Made by a program: the position numbers and the translations under genes. The notes beneath the pieces are model-generated. The model saw nothing but the letters and a program-made list of their open reading frames with translations, searched no databases and was not told the DNA's origin. A stretch of DNA of 64,000 bases. Origin: Candidatus Saccharimonadales bacterium (GTDB taxonomy: Bacteria; Patescibacteriota; Saccharimonadia; Saccharimonadales; UBA4665). Of this stretch, positions 42,032 through 51,566 are shown in pieces. The stretch's first letter is position 1. Each line of letters starts with the position of its first letter. The stretch spans positions 2,226 to 66,225 of the forward strand of contig JAYRNA010000002.1 of NCBI GenBank assembly GCA_041912375.1, given 5' to 3'.

Positions 42032-43834
42032 CTATTCGCTGGCGGTAACCCGCAAAACTTCCTCTATAGTAGTTTCGCTGCGCAAAGCTTTTACCAGTCC
42101 GTCGAGCTGCATTGTCAACATGCCGTCGGTGATTGCTGCCAGTTCAATATTTTCACTAGTGCTGTTGGTGACGATGAGTTTTTGAATAGCTGGTGAATTG
42201 ACTAGGACTTCATAGATGCCAATCCTGCCTTTATAGCCGCTGTGATTACAGCTTTCACAACCGTCATCATGAGCCTTCCAGAGTCGTGTAATTGACGATG
42301 CCGTGGTACTGAGTTGGTTCGAGGCAGCGTTAGCGACGGTTGATTTGCCGATTCCGTCCTGAAGAGCAGAGGACTCCAGTTCGTGTAGCCACTTGAAGCC
42401 TCTAGAGTCGTTTAGTTTGAAAGATTTCTCAAGTTGTTTGAGGATAGAACCTTCCGGAGCGATCGCCTCTCGGCAGTCAAGACATAACCTGCGAACTAAG
42501 CGTTGGGCAATAACCAGGCGTACCGTGCTGGCGATAAGAAAAGGTTCTACTCCCATATCAAGCAATCGTGGCAGACAAGTAGCGGCGTTGCTAGTGTGCA
42601 GGGTGCTAAACACCAGATGGCCAGTCAGGGCTGCCTGTACCGCGAGGTCTGCAGTTTCGCCGTCACGCACCTCGCCGACCATGATAATGTTTGGGTCTTG
42701 GCGCAACAAAGCGCGTAACCCGTTACTGAATGTCATACCGGCTATCGGATTTACTTGAGTCTGGTTGGCGCCGACAACGTGGTATTCGACTGGGTCTTCC
42801 ACTGTTGAGATGTTTACGTTGGGTGTATTGAGACTGCTCAAGACACTGAATAAAGTTGTCGATTTGCCGGAGCCGGTTGGACCGGTGACTAGAATCATTC
42901 CGTGAGGCTGCACGATTGCGTGCTGGACATTTTTGAGTGCCTCGCCCCAGAAGCCAAGTTCAGTGAAATCAGATGCTTTGGTAGATTCGTTGAGGATTCT
43001 CATGACTACTTTTTCACCGTCAAGAATTGGCAGGGTCGAGACGCGCAGGGCAAATACTTGGCCATTAACTTCGACTTTGAAGCGCCCGTCTTGTGGCGCT
43101 CGGTGTTCATCAATTTTAAGATTGCTCAAAATCTTGATGCGGCTGACTAAGGCCCCCAGCAGTTTACGCGGTAACTTATTGGCTTCACGGAGCATGCCGT
43201 CGATTCGATAGCGCACGACCACGAAACTTTCCCGTGGTTCAATGTGAATGTCGCTGGCCCCAGCCTTTATGCCATACTCGATAATTATATTTACTGTTTG
43301 AGCGACCGGTGAGTCCTCTGCTAGGTCGCTTTCGTCTAATTCATCCGCCTCCTCGGCTTCATCGTCACTGGCAATTACTTTAGTCAGCTCACTGCTAATG
43401 TTACCTCGGTATTGATCAAGTGCTGCTTGTAATAAGCTGCTGGTGGTGATGTGAACTTTGATATTTGTTCCAAGTTGCTTCTGCAGAAAATTGAGGGCTT
43501 GAATGTCATCAGGATCCTCCATTGCCAGAAGTTTGGTGGCATGCTCATCGACGTCAAAAACCACGGCATTGTATTGACGTGCTATCCTTTCGGATAATGA
43601 TTTTAACACCTCGTGTTTGATGTCGCGGGCGTTTAGTTCAACGAAAGGAACTTCTATTTCATCGGCATAGAGCTTTGTCAGCTCTTTTTCTGTCAACAAA
43701 TTATTTTTTATGACCACGTCTTGCATCGGTTTTTTGTCGTGCGTAACTTGATCACGTAATGCCTTGAGCTGTTCTGCCGAAAACCGTTTGCTGTCGTGTA
43801 ATAATTTTTCAACTAGAGAGTCAGCAATTCTCAT
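42032..43834 (-). CDS. pilB: Type IV pilus assembly ATPase PilB (GspE family)
   Basis: Walker A GPTGSGKSTT, Asp/His boxes, the tetracysteine CLDC...CESC motif, and an N-terminal GSPII domain. GGAGG lies upstream. Confidence 0.95.
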   Translation of the reverse strand: MRIADSLVEKLLHDSKRFSAEQLKALRDQVTHDKKPMQDVVIKNNLLTEKELTKLYADEIEVPFVELNARDIKHEVLKSLSERIARQYNAVVFDVDEHATKLLAMEDPDDIQALNFLQKQLGTNIKVHITTSSLLQAALDQYRGNISSELTKVIASDDEAEEADELDESDLAEDSPVAQTVNIIIEYGIKAGASDIHIEPRESFVVVRYRIDGMLREANKLPRKLLGALVSRIKILSNLKIDEHRAPQDGRFKVEVNGQVFALRVSTLPILDGEKVVMRILNESTKASDFTELGFWGEALKNVQHAIVQPHGMILVTGPTGSGKSTTLFSVLSSLNTPNVNISTVEDPVEYHVVGANQTQVNPIAGMTFSNGLRALLRQDPNIIMVGEVRDGETADLAVQAALTGHLVFSTLHTSNAATCLPRLLDMGVEPFLIASTVRLVIAQRLVRRLCLDCREAIAPEGSILKQLEKSFKLNDSRGFKWLHELESSALQDGIGKSTVANAASNQLSTTASSITRLWKAHDDGCESCNHSGYKGRIGIYEVLVNSPAIQKLIVTNSTSENIELAAITDGMLTMQLDGLVKALRSETTIEEVLRVTASE

Positions 43835-44131
43835 GTCTCAAACCTCCGGCTGGCTCGTAGTCCGATAATCGACCCCGACTTGACATAAAACAGGACCGAT
43901 AAGCAGGAACAGTTTTCTGTTTTCAAGTGTTCACCCATCCTCGGTTCATGATAGCAGTCTTCGATTAAAAGCTGAAGCGTTTTGTCCTTACCTAAAATAT
44001 TAAAATTAAGTTAAACTCTTGCCTCACATAAACCATGACCAATTTCCGTAACAGCCAGAACAGCGTTATAGTGCTAAAATAATACTAACGGTGGTAACGA
44101 AGCTCTGATTATGACCCTAAAAGGAGGATTT

Positions 44132-45169
44132 ATGGCTGAGAGTAAGCCTACAAAAGATGTGGCCAAACAGTCGAGCGAAGGCAAGGCAAAAGCTCTTGGA
44201 TTGGCTCTGGAGACTATCGAAAAACAATTCGGCAAAGGTTCAATTATGAAACTTGGCGAGAGCTATCATAGTGCGGTCGAGACGACTTCGACAGGGGCAC
44301 TTAGCCTAGACTTAGCCTTAGGCGGGGGCATCCCTCGCGGTCGAGTGGTCGAGATATATGGCCCCGAGAGCTCGGGCAAAACGACGCTGACGCTGCACGC
44401 CATTGCCGAAGTACAACGATCTGGCGGGACAGCTGCTTTCATCGATGCTGAGCACGCACTTGACCCAGCCTATGCCAAACGAATAGGTGTTGATACCGAG
44501 AACTTGTTGCTCTCTCAGCCGGATAACGGCGAACAAGCGCTTGAGATTGCAGAAACTCTGGTGCGTTCCAACGCGGTAGACTTGATCGTCATTGACTCGG
44601 TAGCAGCGCTGGTCCCGCGAGCAGAGATTGAGGGGGATATGGGCGATTCATTACCTGGTCTGCAAGCTCGTCTGATGAGCCAAGCACTACGCAAGCTAAC
44701 CGGTGTGATAAGCCGGAGCAAAGCCACAGTGATATTCATAAACCAAATTCGAATGAAGATTGGTGTCATGTTCGGCAATCCGGAAACTACCACCGGTGGC
44801 AATGCACTGAAGTTTTATTCCTCGGTTCGTATGGATATTCGACGTATCGGTCAGATCAAGCAAGGCGAAGAGGTAATCGGTAATCGAACTCGCGTTAAGG
44901 TAGTCAAAAACAAAGTTGCTCCGCCGTTTAGGCAAGCAGAATTCGACATCATGTATAACCAAGGTATCAGCACAGCAGGTGATATTCTCGATCTGGCTGC
45001 TGTCCGGGGGATTGTCGAAAAATCGGGTGCCTGGTATGCCTATAAGGATCAAAAAATTGGTCAAGGTCGTGAGGCAACCAAAAAGTATCTCGAGGAAAAC
45101 CCTAAAGTTATGGCCGAATTGGCTGGTGAGGTTCGCGCTGAAGAGGCGAGTAAAGAAACGGCTGCCTAA
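44132..45169 (+). CDS. recA: Recombinase RecA
   Basis: AAAGGAGG lies 5 nt upstream of the ATG at 44132. [10 protein letters not shown] and the L1/L2 loops are conserved. Confidence 0.98.
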   Translation: MAESKPTKDVAKQSSEGKAKALGLALETIEKQFGKGSIMKLGESYHSAVETTSTGALSLDLALGGGIPRGRVVEIYGPESSGKTTLTLHAIAEVQRSGGTAAFIDAEHALDPAYAKRIGVDTENLLLSQPDNGEQALEIAETLVRSNAVDLIVIDSVAALVPRAEIEGDMGDSLPGLQARLMSQALRKLTGVISRSKATVIFINQIRMKIGVMFGNPETTTGGNALKFYSSVRMDIRRIGQIKQGEEVIGNRTRVKVVKNKVAPPFRQAEFDIMYNQGISTAGDILDLAAVRGIVEKSGAWYAYKDQKIGQGREATKKYLEENPKVMAELAGEVRAEEASKETAA

Positions 45170-45186
45170 GGCAGTGATTATGCAGA

Positions 45187-45801
45187 GTGACGCAGGTCGT
45201 GAAAATCACCGGCATCAAACAGCAAGTTAGGCGAAAGAGCAGTTATTCGATTTATGTTGACGATAACTATTGCTTGTCAATTAGCGAGGCACTTTTATTA
45301 GAGAGTAAACTATACCCAGGCCAAACACTTGATGAAAGCCAGCTGGCAACACTGAAAAAACTGGCTGACGAGGACAAACTTTATGTTAAAGCCTTGCGGT
45401 ATGTTGCTCTAAGACTCCGTTCTAAATGGGAAATCATCAGCTATCTCGAAAAGAAAAGTGCCTCCCCTGCCCTGATCGACACAATAGTTAACAAGTTAAG
45501 TAAAATTGGTATAATTGATGACGAAAAATTCGCCCAAACCTTTGTCAGCGACCGCCGATTACTCCGCCCTGCCTCACGTCGCAAAATGATTTATGAGCTT
45601 CGCAAAAAACATATCGCAGGTGACATTATTGAAAAGGTCTTAGGTGACGATAAAAAGACTGAGACAGATGCGCTAAGGTCGATTATTAAATCGAAGCGGC
45701 GTCAGGCCAAATACCACGACGAACTAAAGCTTAAGCAATACCTGGCCCGTCAAGGTTTTAACTACGACGATATCAAGGGCGCATTACACAGGGACAACTG
45801 A
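45187..45801 (+). CDS. recX: RecA regulator RecX
   Basis: Three-repeat helical pattern (AL..L..R..S..E+...L) immediately downstream of recA. GTG start. Confidence 0.8.
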   Translation: MTQVVKITGIKQQVRRKSSYSIYVDDNYCLSISEALLLESKLYPGQTLDESQLATLKKLADEDKLYVKALRYVALRLRSKWEIISYLEKKSASPALIDTIVNKLSKIGIIDDEKFAQTFVSDRRLLRPASRRKMIYELRKKHIAGDIIEKVLGDDKKTETDALRSIIKSKRRQAKYHDELKLKQYLARQGFNYDDIKGALHRDN

Positions 45802-45898
45802 CGATTCAATAATCAATATTTTTTGGCTCACTGACCAGCTGATTGTAAAGCCATAAGTGTTTAATGAACTGTTTGTAGTATTTTCTCTTAGGGCTACT

Positions 45899-46417
45899 TT
45901 AGGCTGCACTGGCGGGTGCTGTGACCGGAGAACGTTTCATTAATTCGTTGATGATGATTCGCTTTGGAGTTATTTCGTTGATTTGGCTCCGGTCAATACT
46001 TAGTGTACCGCCTGTAAAGTTTTTGAAAATTGACTGCGAGACATAGATTTTTTGGACAAACATTGTCTCGGTTTCGGTAGCGAAATCACTAACCCTGCCA
46101 ACCTTATCCTTAGCCGTCGTCACAACGTCTTTGTTGAGTAGTGAAAAATTAAGTTTCAGCACTTCTTTGAGTCGTACTAACTCTTCAGGTTCGACCAAAG
46201 CATCATGATCATTGACGACATAGCCTTGAGGCAGTAAATCACGGATATCTTGATATAAAAGTATTAATTCTTTTTTGCTGAAACGATCTTCACAGTAAAA
46301 GCCCTCAACCTTGAGATTGTCTGGGTTGATGATTGCTCTCGTAATATTAGCGATGGTCGTGCCCGTTCTTAGCGAGAGAATTGATTTATTGAGCAAACTT
46401 GCCCTAAGCAAAAGCAT
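45899..46417 (-). CDS. Protein with two PRC-barrel-like domains
   Basis: Two repeats of the L.NK.+....G..+G.V.D pattern (LLNKSILSLRTGTTIANITRAII.. and LLNKDVVTTAKDKVGRVSDFAT..). Family not verified. Confidence 0.5.
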   Translation of the reverse strand: MLLLRASLLNKSILSLRTGTTIANITRAIINPDNLKVEGFYCEDRFSKKELILLYQDIRDLLPQGYVVNDHDALVEPEELVRLKEVLKLNFSLLNKDVVTTAKDKVGRVSDFATETETMFVQKIYVSQSIFKNFTGGTLSIDRSQINEITPKRIIINELMKRSPVTAPASAA

Positions 46418-46541
46418 GCTATTAAGTATAGCGCAGTAGGCATATGCTTCACCGAAATGTTAAGTCTATTTAAGATATAAGCATATTGAACGAGCTTGTG
46501 CTTGCAGCCAACAAAGCCGCTTGCTTACAATTTTGGCTACT

Positions 46542-47996
46542 ATGCGGCGGATCAAGCAAGTACTCCAAGCAAGTTGTGTGATGATTCTAGCGGCAAATAG
46601 TCTTGCACTAGGATGGCAGACCGATGTGCAGGCCGAAGCGGCTAATGCCCCCTCCCTCGTCATCAGCCAGCTCAAAATAACCAGCAGTAATGGTCAATTC
46701 ATCACACTTTACAACACCACAAACACCACGCTGGACATGAGCAAGTACCAGCTGGAGTACTTCAATGGTTACGACTTGACGAAGGCAAGCAGCAGCCGGC
46801 TGATTACCCTCAGCGGTACTGTGCCGCCGCATAGCTATTACATGGTCAACGACGGTGCACTCTTGTTGTGCTATCGACTGTCAATAAACTCGATCTCTCT
46901 TGGCTTGTCTTCGACTGCCGGCTTTATCGAAGTAGTTGAGCTCAATCAAGCAACTCCGGGCGGTTCGGTCGAGGCTGTCCTTCAAGATTATGTCGGCTGG
47001 TCAAAAACTGCGGTTGCCGGAGCTCAAACCCTGCCAAGTAATACTGTCGAATATTTATTACGCCAACCTCTTGGGGCCGATTACAACCCAAGCATAATTA
47101 CGCCGGGTAGCGGTAGTTGGCAAACCGTCCAGCCTGACGTGGTGAATCCGTGTGCCATCGTCGGCGTTACCAACGGCACTGTTTCAGACGACCCTGTCAT
47201 TACCGGCCTTAACCTGTTGTTGCCTGCAACAGAACCACCAGCTGTCATGTTGATGGCTGACAATAATGGCGTAGTGACACCAAATCAATCGAGACTGCCT
47301 AGTGTTGATATTGGCTTGATGGGGCCAGTCATTACTGAACTATTACCAAATCCAGTTGGCAGCGGAAATGATACCAGAGATGAATTTATTGAACTTTACA
47401 ACCCCAATCCGGTGCCATTTGATTTGTCTGGCTTTCGACTCCAGGCTGGTACTACAAGTACTCACTATTATACTTTTCCAAATGGGACAGAGATGCCAGC
47501 TCGGCACTTCGTGGCTTTCTATGCCTCAAGCACAGGGCTTAGTCTCAGTAATTATGGTGGACAAGTAAAGCTTATTGACCCATTTGGCAATAGTATTTCT
47601 GCAACGGCTGCCTACACTGCAGCTAAAGACGGGCTGGCTTGGGCTTTGGCTAACAGTAAATGGTATTGGACTACTCAACCAACCCCTGGTGCAACTAATC
47701 ACATTCAGAGTCCCCCGGTCGCTAATCACCAAAAAACTTCGATGATAGCCAAAAAGGCTACCAAGACCAGCACCAAAACCAAAGTTAAGCGCGCCAAAAC
47801 AGCTAAGGACTCGTCACTGGCCTCAGCAAATATGATGCCTAGCCAAACAAACAATCATCTGATTAACAATCGCATTCTTGCCCTAGTCGGCAGCATCGCG
47901 CTACTATACGGGACATATGAATACCGATCAGATTTGGCAAACCGATTCACCAAGTGTCGAACATACCTTAGCTCTCGCATCGGACATCGGTCATAG
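46542..47996 (+). CDS. Surface protein with two lamin-tail (LTD) domains, Lys-rich segment and C-terminal TM anchor
   Basis: Signal peptide MRRIKQVLQASCVMILAANSLALG. LTD signatures VISQLKI...FITLYNTTNTTLDMSKYQLEY and ITELLPNPVGSGNDTRDEFIELYNPNPVPFDLSGFRLQ. A KKATKTSTKTKVKRAKTAK segment precedes the TM. The track start TTG at 46521 is possible. Confidence 0.8.
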   Translation: MRRIKQVLQASCVMILAANSLALGWQTDVQAEAANAPSLVISQLKITSSNGQFITLYNTTNTTLDMSKYQLEYFNGYDLTKASSSRLITLSGTVPPHSYYMVNDGALLLCYRLSINSISLGLSSTAGFIEVVELNQATPGGSVEAVLQDYVGWSKTAVAGAQTLPSNTVEYLLRQPLGADYNPSIITPGSGSWQTVQPDVVNPCAIVGVTNGTVSDDPVITGLNLLLPATEPPAVMLMADNNGVVTPNQSRLPSVDIGLMGPVITELLPNPVGSGNDTRDEFIELYNPNPVPFDLSGFRLQAGTTSTHYYTFPNGTEMPARHFVAFYASSTGLSLSNYGGQVKLIDPFGNSISATAAYTAAKDGLAWALANSKWYWTTQPTPGATNHIQSPPVANHQKTSMIAKKATKTSTKTKVKRAKTAKDSSLASANMMPSQTNNHLINNRILALVGSIALLYGTYEYRSDLANRFTKCRTYLSSRIGHRS

Positions 47997-48375
47997 GCTT
48001 AGAGGCGGTGATACAATCGAATTGGTTAGTGATTTCGGCGGTGGCAAAACGACATTTGTCAGGGGGTTGGCAGCCGGCATGCTATGCGCCGACGAAGTCC
48101 ATAGTCCTAGTTTTACCGTCAGCAATGTTTATCAGGGACGACATTTCACCTTGTATCACTTCGATTTTTATCGTTTGACAATGCCTGGGATAATGCGTGA
48201 TGAACTTAAAGAGGCCTTGGATGATGACGCAGGAGTGGTTGTAGTCGAATGGGGTGAGGTTGTAAAAAATGTCTTACCTAAGGAGCGACTCATCATAACT
48301 ATCCAAGCTACCGGTAATCATAGCCGACGTTTCATGATCTGTTGCGGTCAAAACTTAAAGCATCGTTTATTATAA
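47917..48375 (+). CDS. tsaE: tRNA t6A37 biosynthesis ATPase TsaE
   Basis: GDTIELVSDFGGGKTTFVRGLA, SPSFTV and YHFDFYRL are present. The only ATG in frame gives an 80-nt overlap with the upstream gene. Confidence 0.85.
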   Translation: MNTDQIWQTDSPSVEHTLALASDIGHRLRGGDTIELVSDFGGGKTTFVRGLAAGMLCADEVHSPSFTVSNVYQGRHFTLYHFDFYRLTMPGIMRDELKEALDDDAGVVVVEWGEVVKNVLPKERLIITIQATGNHSRRFMICCGQNLKHRLL

Positions 48376-48393
48376 ACTTAACATGTTAATTAA

Positions 48394-48789
48394 ATGATTA
48401 TTTTGTGCCTCAGAACAGATAGACCGGAAGCTGAAATTCATCTAATTCTTGGCTTCAAAGCACCTATTCAACATAGTTGGCAAGCGCATAAAAAATTGGC
48501 CGAGACAATCCACCAGCAGATACAAAACATACTTAAACAGCAGCGAAAGACGATAAATGATATCGAGGCGATTGCTGTTTACCGTGGTCCCGGCAGTTTT
48601 ACTGGACTTCGGATAGGAATGAGCGTGGCCAACGCCATGTCTTATGCTCTGCAAGTCCCGATCGTTGGAGAGGCTGGTGGTGATGATTGGTTGCAGCGTT
48701 GTCAAGATCGGTTACGAAGTGGGGAAAACGACCTAATGGTTACTCCTGTTTACGGCTCCGAGCCGTACACAACTTCGCAAAAACGTTGA
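48394..48789 (+). CDS. tsaB: TsaB, N-terminal-domain-only form (131 aa)
   Basis: IEAIAVYRGPGSFTGLRIGMSVANAMSYALQVPIVG is present, but the protein is only about 130 aa, against roughly 230 aa for typical TsaB. Confidence 0.78.
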   Translation: MIILCLRTDRPEAEIHLILGFKAPIQHSWQAHKKLAETIHQQIQNILKQQRKTINDIEAIAVYRGPGSFTGLRIGMSVANAMSYALQVPIVGEAGGDDWLQRCQDRLRSGENDLMVTPVYGSEPYTTSQKR

Positions 48790-49009
48790 CCGTAAGCCCT
48801 TTGGCAGCGTATATTTATAGCAGGAATTGCCACGTTTTTGAGAGCTGACAGGACATAGCGAGGTGGAAGCCAGTGTGGCCAGTCTGCTTACGGAGCATAT
48901 CCCCGATAACCTACATCTAATAACTCGATATTCAGATAAGTTACATCAGACTAGTGAAGTGATAGCGATCGTCTGACCACGGCTTTTCTGCGGATAGAAA
49001 GGACGTAAC

Positions 49010-50518
49010 ATGCTAGAGGTCTTACTTGTTGTGGTTGGACTGGCTGTTGGTTTTGGCGCCAATACTGTTATTACCAAGAATCGTCTCGGTTCGGCCGAGG
49101 ACAAAGCCCAAAAAGAATTACAGAAAGCCAAGAAAGAAGCTGATAAACTCGTCAGTCAAGCTCGTGAGGATGCCAACAAGGCAGTCGATGAAACTCGAAA
49201 AGAAGAGCAAGCCCGGCGTAAAGAACTTCAAGACCTAGAGTCGCGACTGGTATCACGAGAAGAAGCCCTCGACAAAAAACTCGATGAGCTTGATCGACGT
49301 AATGAGTCGCTTCGCAAAAACGAGGACGAGGTTGAGACGCTGAAAAATGAAATCCGTGATGTTAGAACCAAGCAGCAGGACAAGCTTGAGAAAATCGCCA
49401 AACTAAGCAAAACCGACGCTGCTGAAAAGCTAATGCAAATGACTGAAAAAGATATCAAGAACGACCTACTTGGACTGGTTAATAAACTACAAAATGAAGC
49501 GAGGGATAACGCCGAAGAAAAAGCGGCGTTGATTATCACTACGGCTATGGAACGAATGGCAAGTGAAGTTACGGCTGAGCGGACTGTGACGAGCCTAAAG
49601 CTTGAAGACGACGAAATGAAAGGCCGTATTATCGGTAAAGAAGGTCGCAACATTCAAGCACTACAACGTGCCACTGGAGTTGACATCATGGTCGATGATA
49701 CTCCTGGCTACGTCGTTCTTAGCAGCTTTGACCCGGTGCGTCGAGAAGTTGCCCGTCAAGCACTTGAAATGCTCATGAAAGACGGTCGCATACACCCGGG
49801 CCGGATTGAGGAAGTAGTTGAGAAAGCCCAAAAAAACGTCGAAAAGGATGTTATTCGCTCAGGTGAGGACGCCGCTCGTGAAGTTGGAGTTATCGGTATA
49901 CCTAAAGAGATTTTGCAGCTACTTGGTGAGCTTAAATTCCGAACGAGCTATGGTCAAAATGTGCTGAAACACTCCACCGAAATGGCACATATCGCCGCCG
50001 TTATAGCCGAAGAGATTGGCGCCAATGTCAAAACGTCCAAGTATGCTGCCCTGGTACACGACATAGGTAAAGCCCTAACACATAAGATTGAGGGTAAGCA
50101 CCACCACATATCAGGTGAAATTTTGCGCAAATATGGTGCCCCAGAAGAAGTTGCATTGGCCGCGGAACAACACCACGATGATGTTGATGCTACAACCGTT
50201 GAAGCGATGGTGGTAAGGACAGTTGACGCAATCAGTGCGGCTCGCCCTGGAGCGCGAAATATATCAGCTGAGAACTTTGCCGAGCGAATGAAAGACCTAG
50301 AGAACGTTGCCAATAGCTTCAAAGGTATCGAAAAATCTTACGCTATTAGTGCTGGCCGTGAGGTTAGAATATTCGTAAAGCCCGAGTCAGTTGATGATCT
50401 AAGCGCCATAAAACTGGCACGAGACATTGCAACCAAAATTGAGTCAACTATGCAGTATCCGGGAACGATCAAGGTAAATGTAATTCGCGAAACTCGCGCC
50501 GTAGAATTCGCCAAATAA
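49010..50518 (+). CDS. rny: Ribonuclease Y
   Basis: N-terminal TM, a Lys/Glu coiled-coil, a KH domain (GRIIGKEGRNIQALQRATGVDI) and an HD domain (HDIGKA). Confidence 0.95.
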   Translation: MLEVLLVVVGLAVGFGANTVITKNRLGSAEDKAQKELQKAKKEADKLVSQAREDANKAVDETRKEEQARRKELQDLESRLVSREEALDKKLDELDRRNESLRKNEDEVETLKNEIRDVRTKQQDKLEKIAKLSKTDAAEKLMQMTEKDIKNDLLGLVNKLQNEARDNAEEKAALIITTAMERMASEVTAERTVTSLKLEDDEMKGRIIGKEGRNIQALQRATGVDIMVDDTPGYVVLSSFDPVRREVARQALEMLMKDGRIHPGRIEEVVEKAQKNVEKDVIRSGEDAAREVGVIGIPKEILQLLGELKFRTSYGQNVLKHSTEMAHIAAVIAEEIGANVKTSKYAALVHDIGKALTHKIEGKHHHISGEILRKYGAPEEVALAAEQHHDDVDATTVEAMVVRTVDAISAARPGARNISAENFAERMKDLENVANSFKGIEKSYAISAGREVRIFVKPESVDDLSAIKLARDIATKIESTMQYPGTIKVNVIRETRAVEFAK

Positions 50519-50542
50519 AATAATTAAGCCGAGCGATTAAGA

Positions 50543-51337
50543 GTGAAGATACTATATATCGGTGATGTTATGGGGGAAGTTGGACTAGCTGTGGTCGAAC
50601 GTGTTCTACCAAAACTGCGAGACAGTTTGTCGTTTGACGTCGTAATTGCGCAGGCTGAGAATGTCAGTGAGGGTCGGGGTACGATGATTATCGATTTTAC
50701 ACGGCTGCGAAAAGCCGGTGTTGATTTTTGTAGCGGTGGCAATTGGACGTTGTATCAAAAAGAAATCGTGCCGCTACTCAATGATCCCGACCAACCAATC
50801 ATTCGGCCTCTCAATTTACCGTTCGATACTCCTGGACTCGGCGCAAAATATCTTAAGACTCAGTCTGGTGAGGTGTTGATTATCAGTTTACTCGGGCGGG
50901 TTGTCGGCAAAGATTCTGACAAGCCGATTGATAATCCGCTTAAAGCTATTGATAAAATTTTAAATTCGGAAAGTGGTGTCTCCAGGTTGGCCACAGTAGT
51001 AAATTTTCATGGTGACTACTCGAGCGAAAAAGTAGTTATTGGGCACTACCTAGACGGTCGAGTAAGCGCTGTGGTCGGCGATCACTGGCATGTCCCGACG
51101 GCCGATGCTCGTGTTCTTCCTGGAGGTACCGCGCACATTACAGACGTTGGTATGTGTGGTGTACTTGATGCCTCTCTGGGTGTGAGCTATCAGAGCGTGA
51201 TCCCGCGCTGGCGGGATGGTACTCAAACCAGAAATGTCCTAGAGGCGGCCGGCCCCAGGCAGTTTAACGCTGTCCTGATCGATGTCAATCAAGCTGGACA
51301 CGCTAACTCTATAGCGAGCATTCGAGAAATACTGTAG
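50543..51337 (+). CDS. ymdB: YmdB-family metallophosphoesterase (2',3'-cyclic-nucleotide phosphodiesterase)
   Basis: KILYIGDVMGEVG, GGNW, NFHGD and GDHWHVPTAD are present. The gene follows rny, as in Firmicutes. GTG start. Confidence 0.9.
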   Translation: MKILYIGDVMGEVGLAVVERVLPKLRDSLSFDVVIAQAENVSEGRGTMIIDFTRLRKAGVDFCSGGNWTLYQKEIVPLLNDPDQPIIRPLNLPFDTPGLGAKYLKTQSGEVLIISLLGRVVGKDSDKPIDNPLKAIDKILNSESGVSRLATVVNFHGDYSSEKVVIGHYLDGRVSAVVGDHWHVPTADARVLPGGTAHITDVGMCGVLDASLGVSYQSVIPRWRDGTQTRNVLEAAGPRQFNAVLIDVNQAGHANSIASIREIL

Positions 51338-51370
51338 ATCAGGTTGCTAGCGCGCTTTGATAATATTTAG

Positions 51371-51386
51371 TATAATCACCTCTGTT
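51371..51386 (+). promoter_or_regulatory. tRNA-upstream element TATAATCACCTCTGTT (copy upstream of tRNA-Pro)
   Basis: Exact 16-mer, identical to the copies at 57080..57095 and 59501..59516 (minus strand). It lies 60 nt before tRNA-Pro. Confidence 0.55.
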
Positions 51387-51446
51387 CTAATAACCTGCCT
51401 TTGTTTTGATCGGTCCAGAACAACTCGGGCAAGTAAGGCAGCGATT

Positions 51447-51523
51447 CGGGGTGTGGCGCAGTTGGCTAGCGCGCCTGGTTTGGGACCAGGAGGTCGGAGG
51501 TTCAAGTCCTCTCACCCCGACCA
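51447..51523 (+). tRNA. tRNA-Pro (UGG), CCA encoded
   Basis: CGGGGTG tg GCGC agttggcta GCGC g CCTGG TTTGGGA CCAGG aggtc GGAGG ttcaagt CCTCT CACCCCG a CCA. Confidence 0.9.
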
Positions 51524-51526
51524 CAT

Positions 51527-51557
51527 AAAAGCTGAGGTAGATTGACCCAGCTTTTTT
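51527..51557 (+). terminator. Rho-independent terminator after tRNA-Pro
   Basis: AAAAGCTG (51527..51534) pairs with CAGCTTTT (51548..51555) across a 13-nt loop, running into a T6 tract. Confidence 0.6.
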
Positions 51558-51566
51558 AATGACACC

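Noticed and set aside
43908-43921. AACAG-TTTT-CTGTT hairpin between pilB and recA, considered as a LexA/SOS operator for recA.
   Set aside because: It matches neither CTGT-N8-ACAG nor the Gram-positive GAAC-N4-GTTC box. No lexA is in the window. It is left unexplained.
48790-48893. Possible small SRP (4.5S) RNA in the tsaB-rny gap, suggested by the closing helix and a GGAAGC string.
   Set aside because: The conserved domain IV arrangement is not present (GNRA tetraloop hairpin with the flanking AGCA and GGAA-type loops, as in ...GGUCCGGAAGGAAGCAGC...). The midpoint of the putative hairpin is an unstructured U-rich stretch. It is kept only as an unexplained structured leader.
51357-51545. 62-aa track ORF.
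   Set aside because: It is entirely explained by tRNA-Pro, its upstream element and the terminator.
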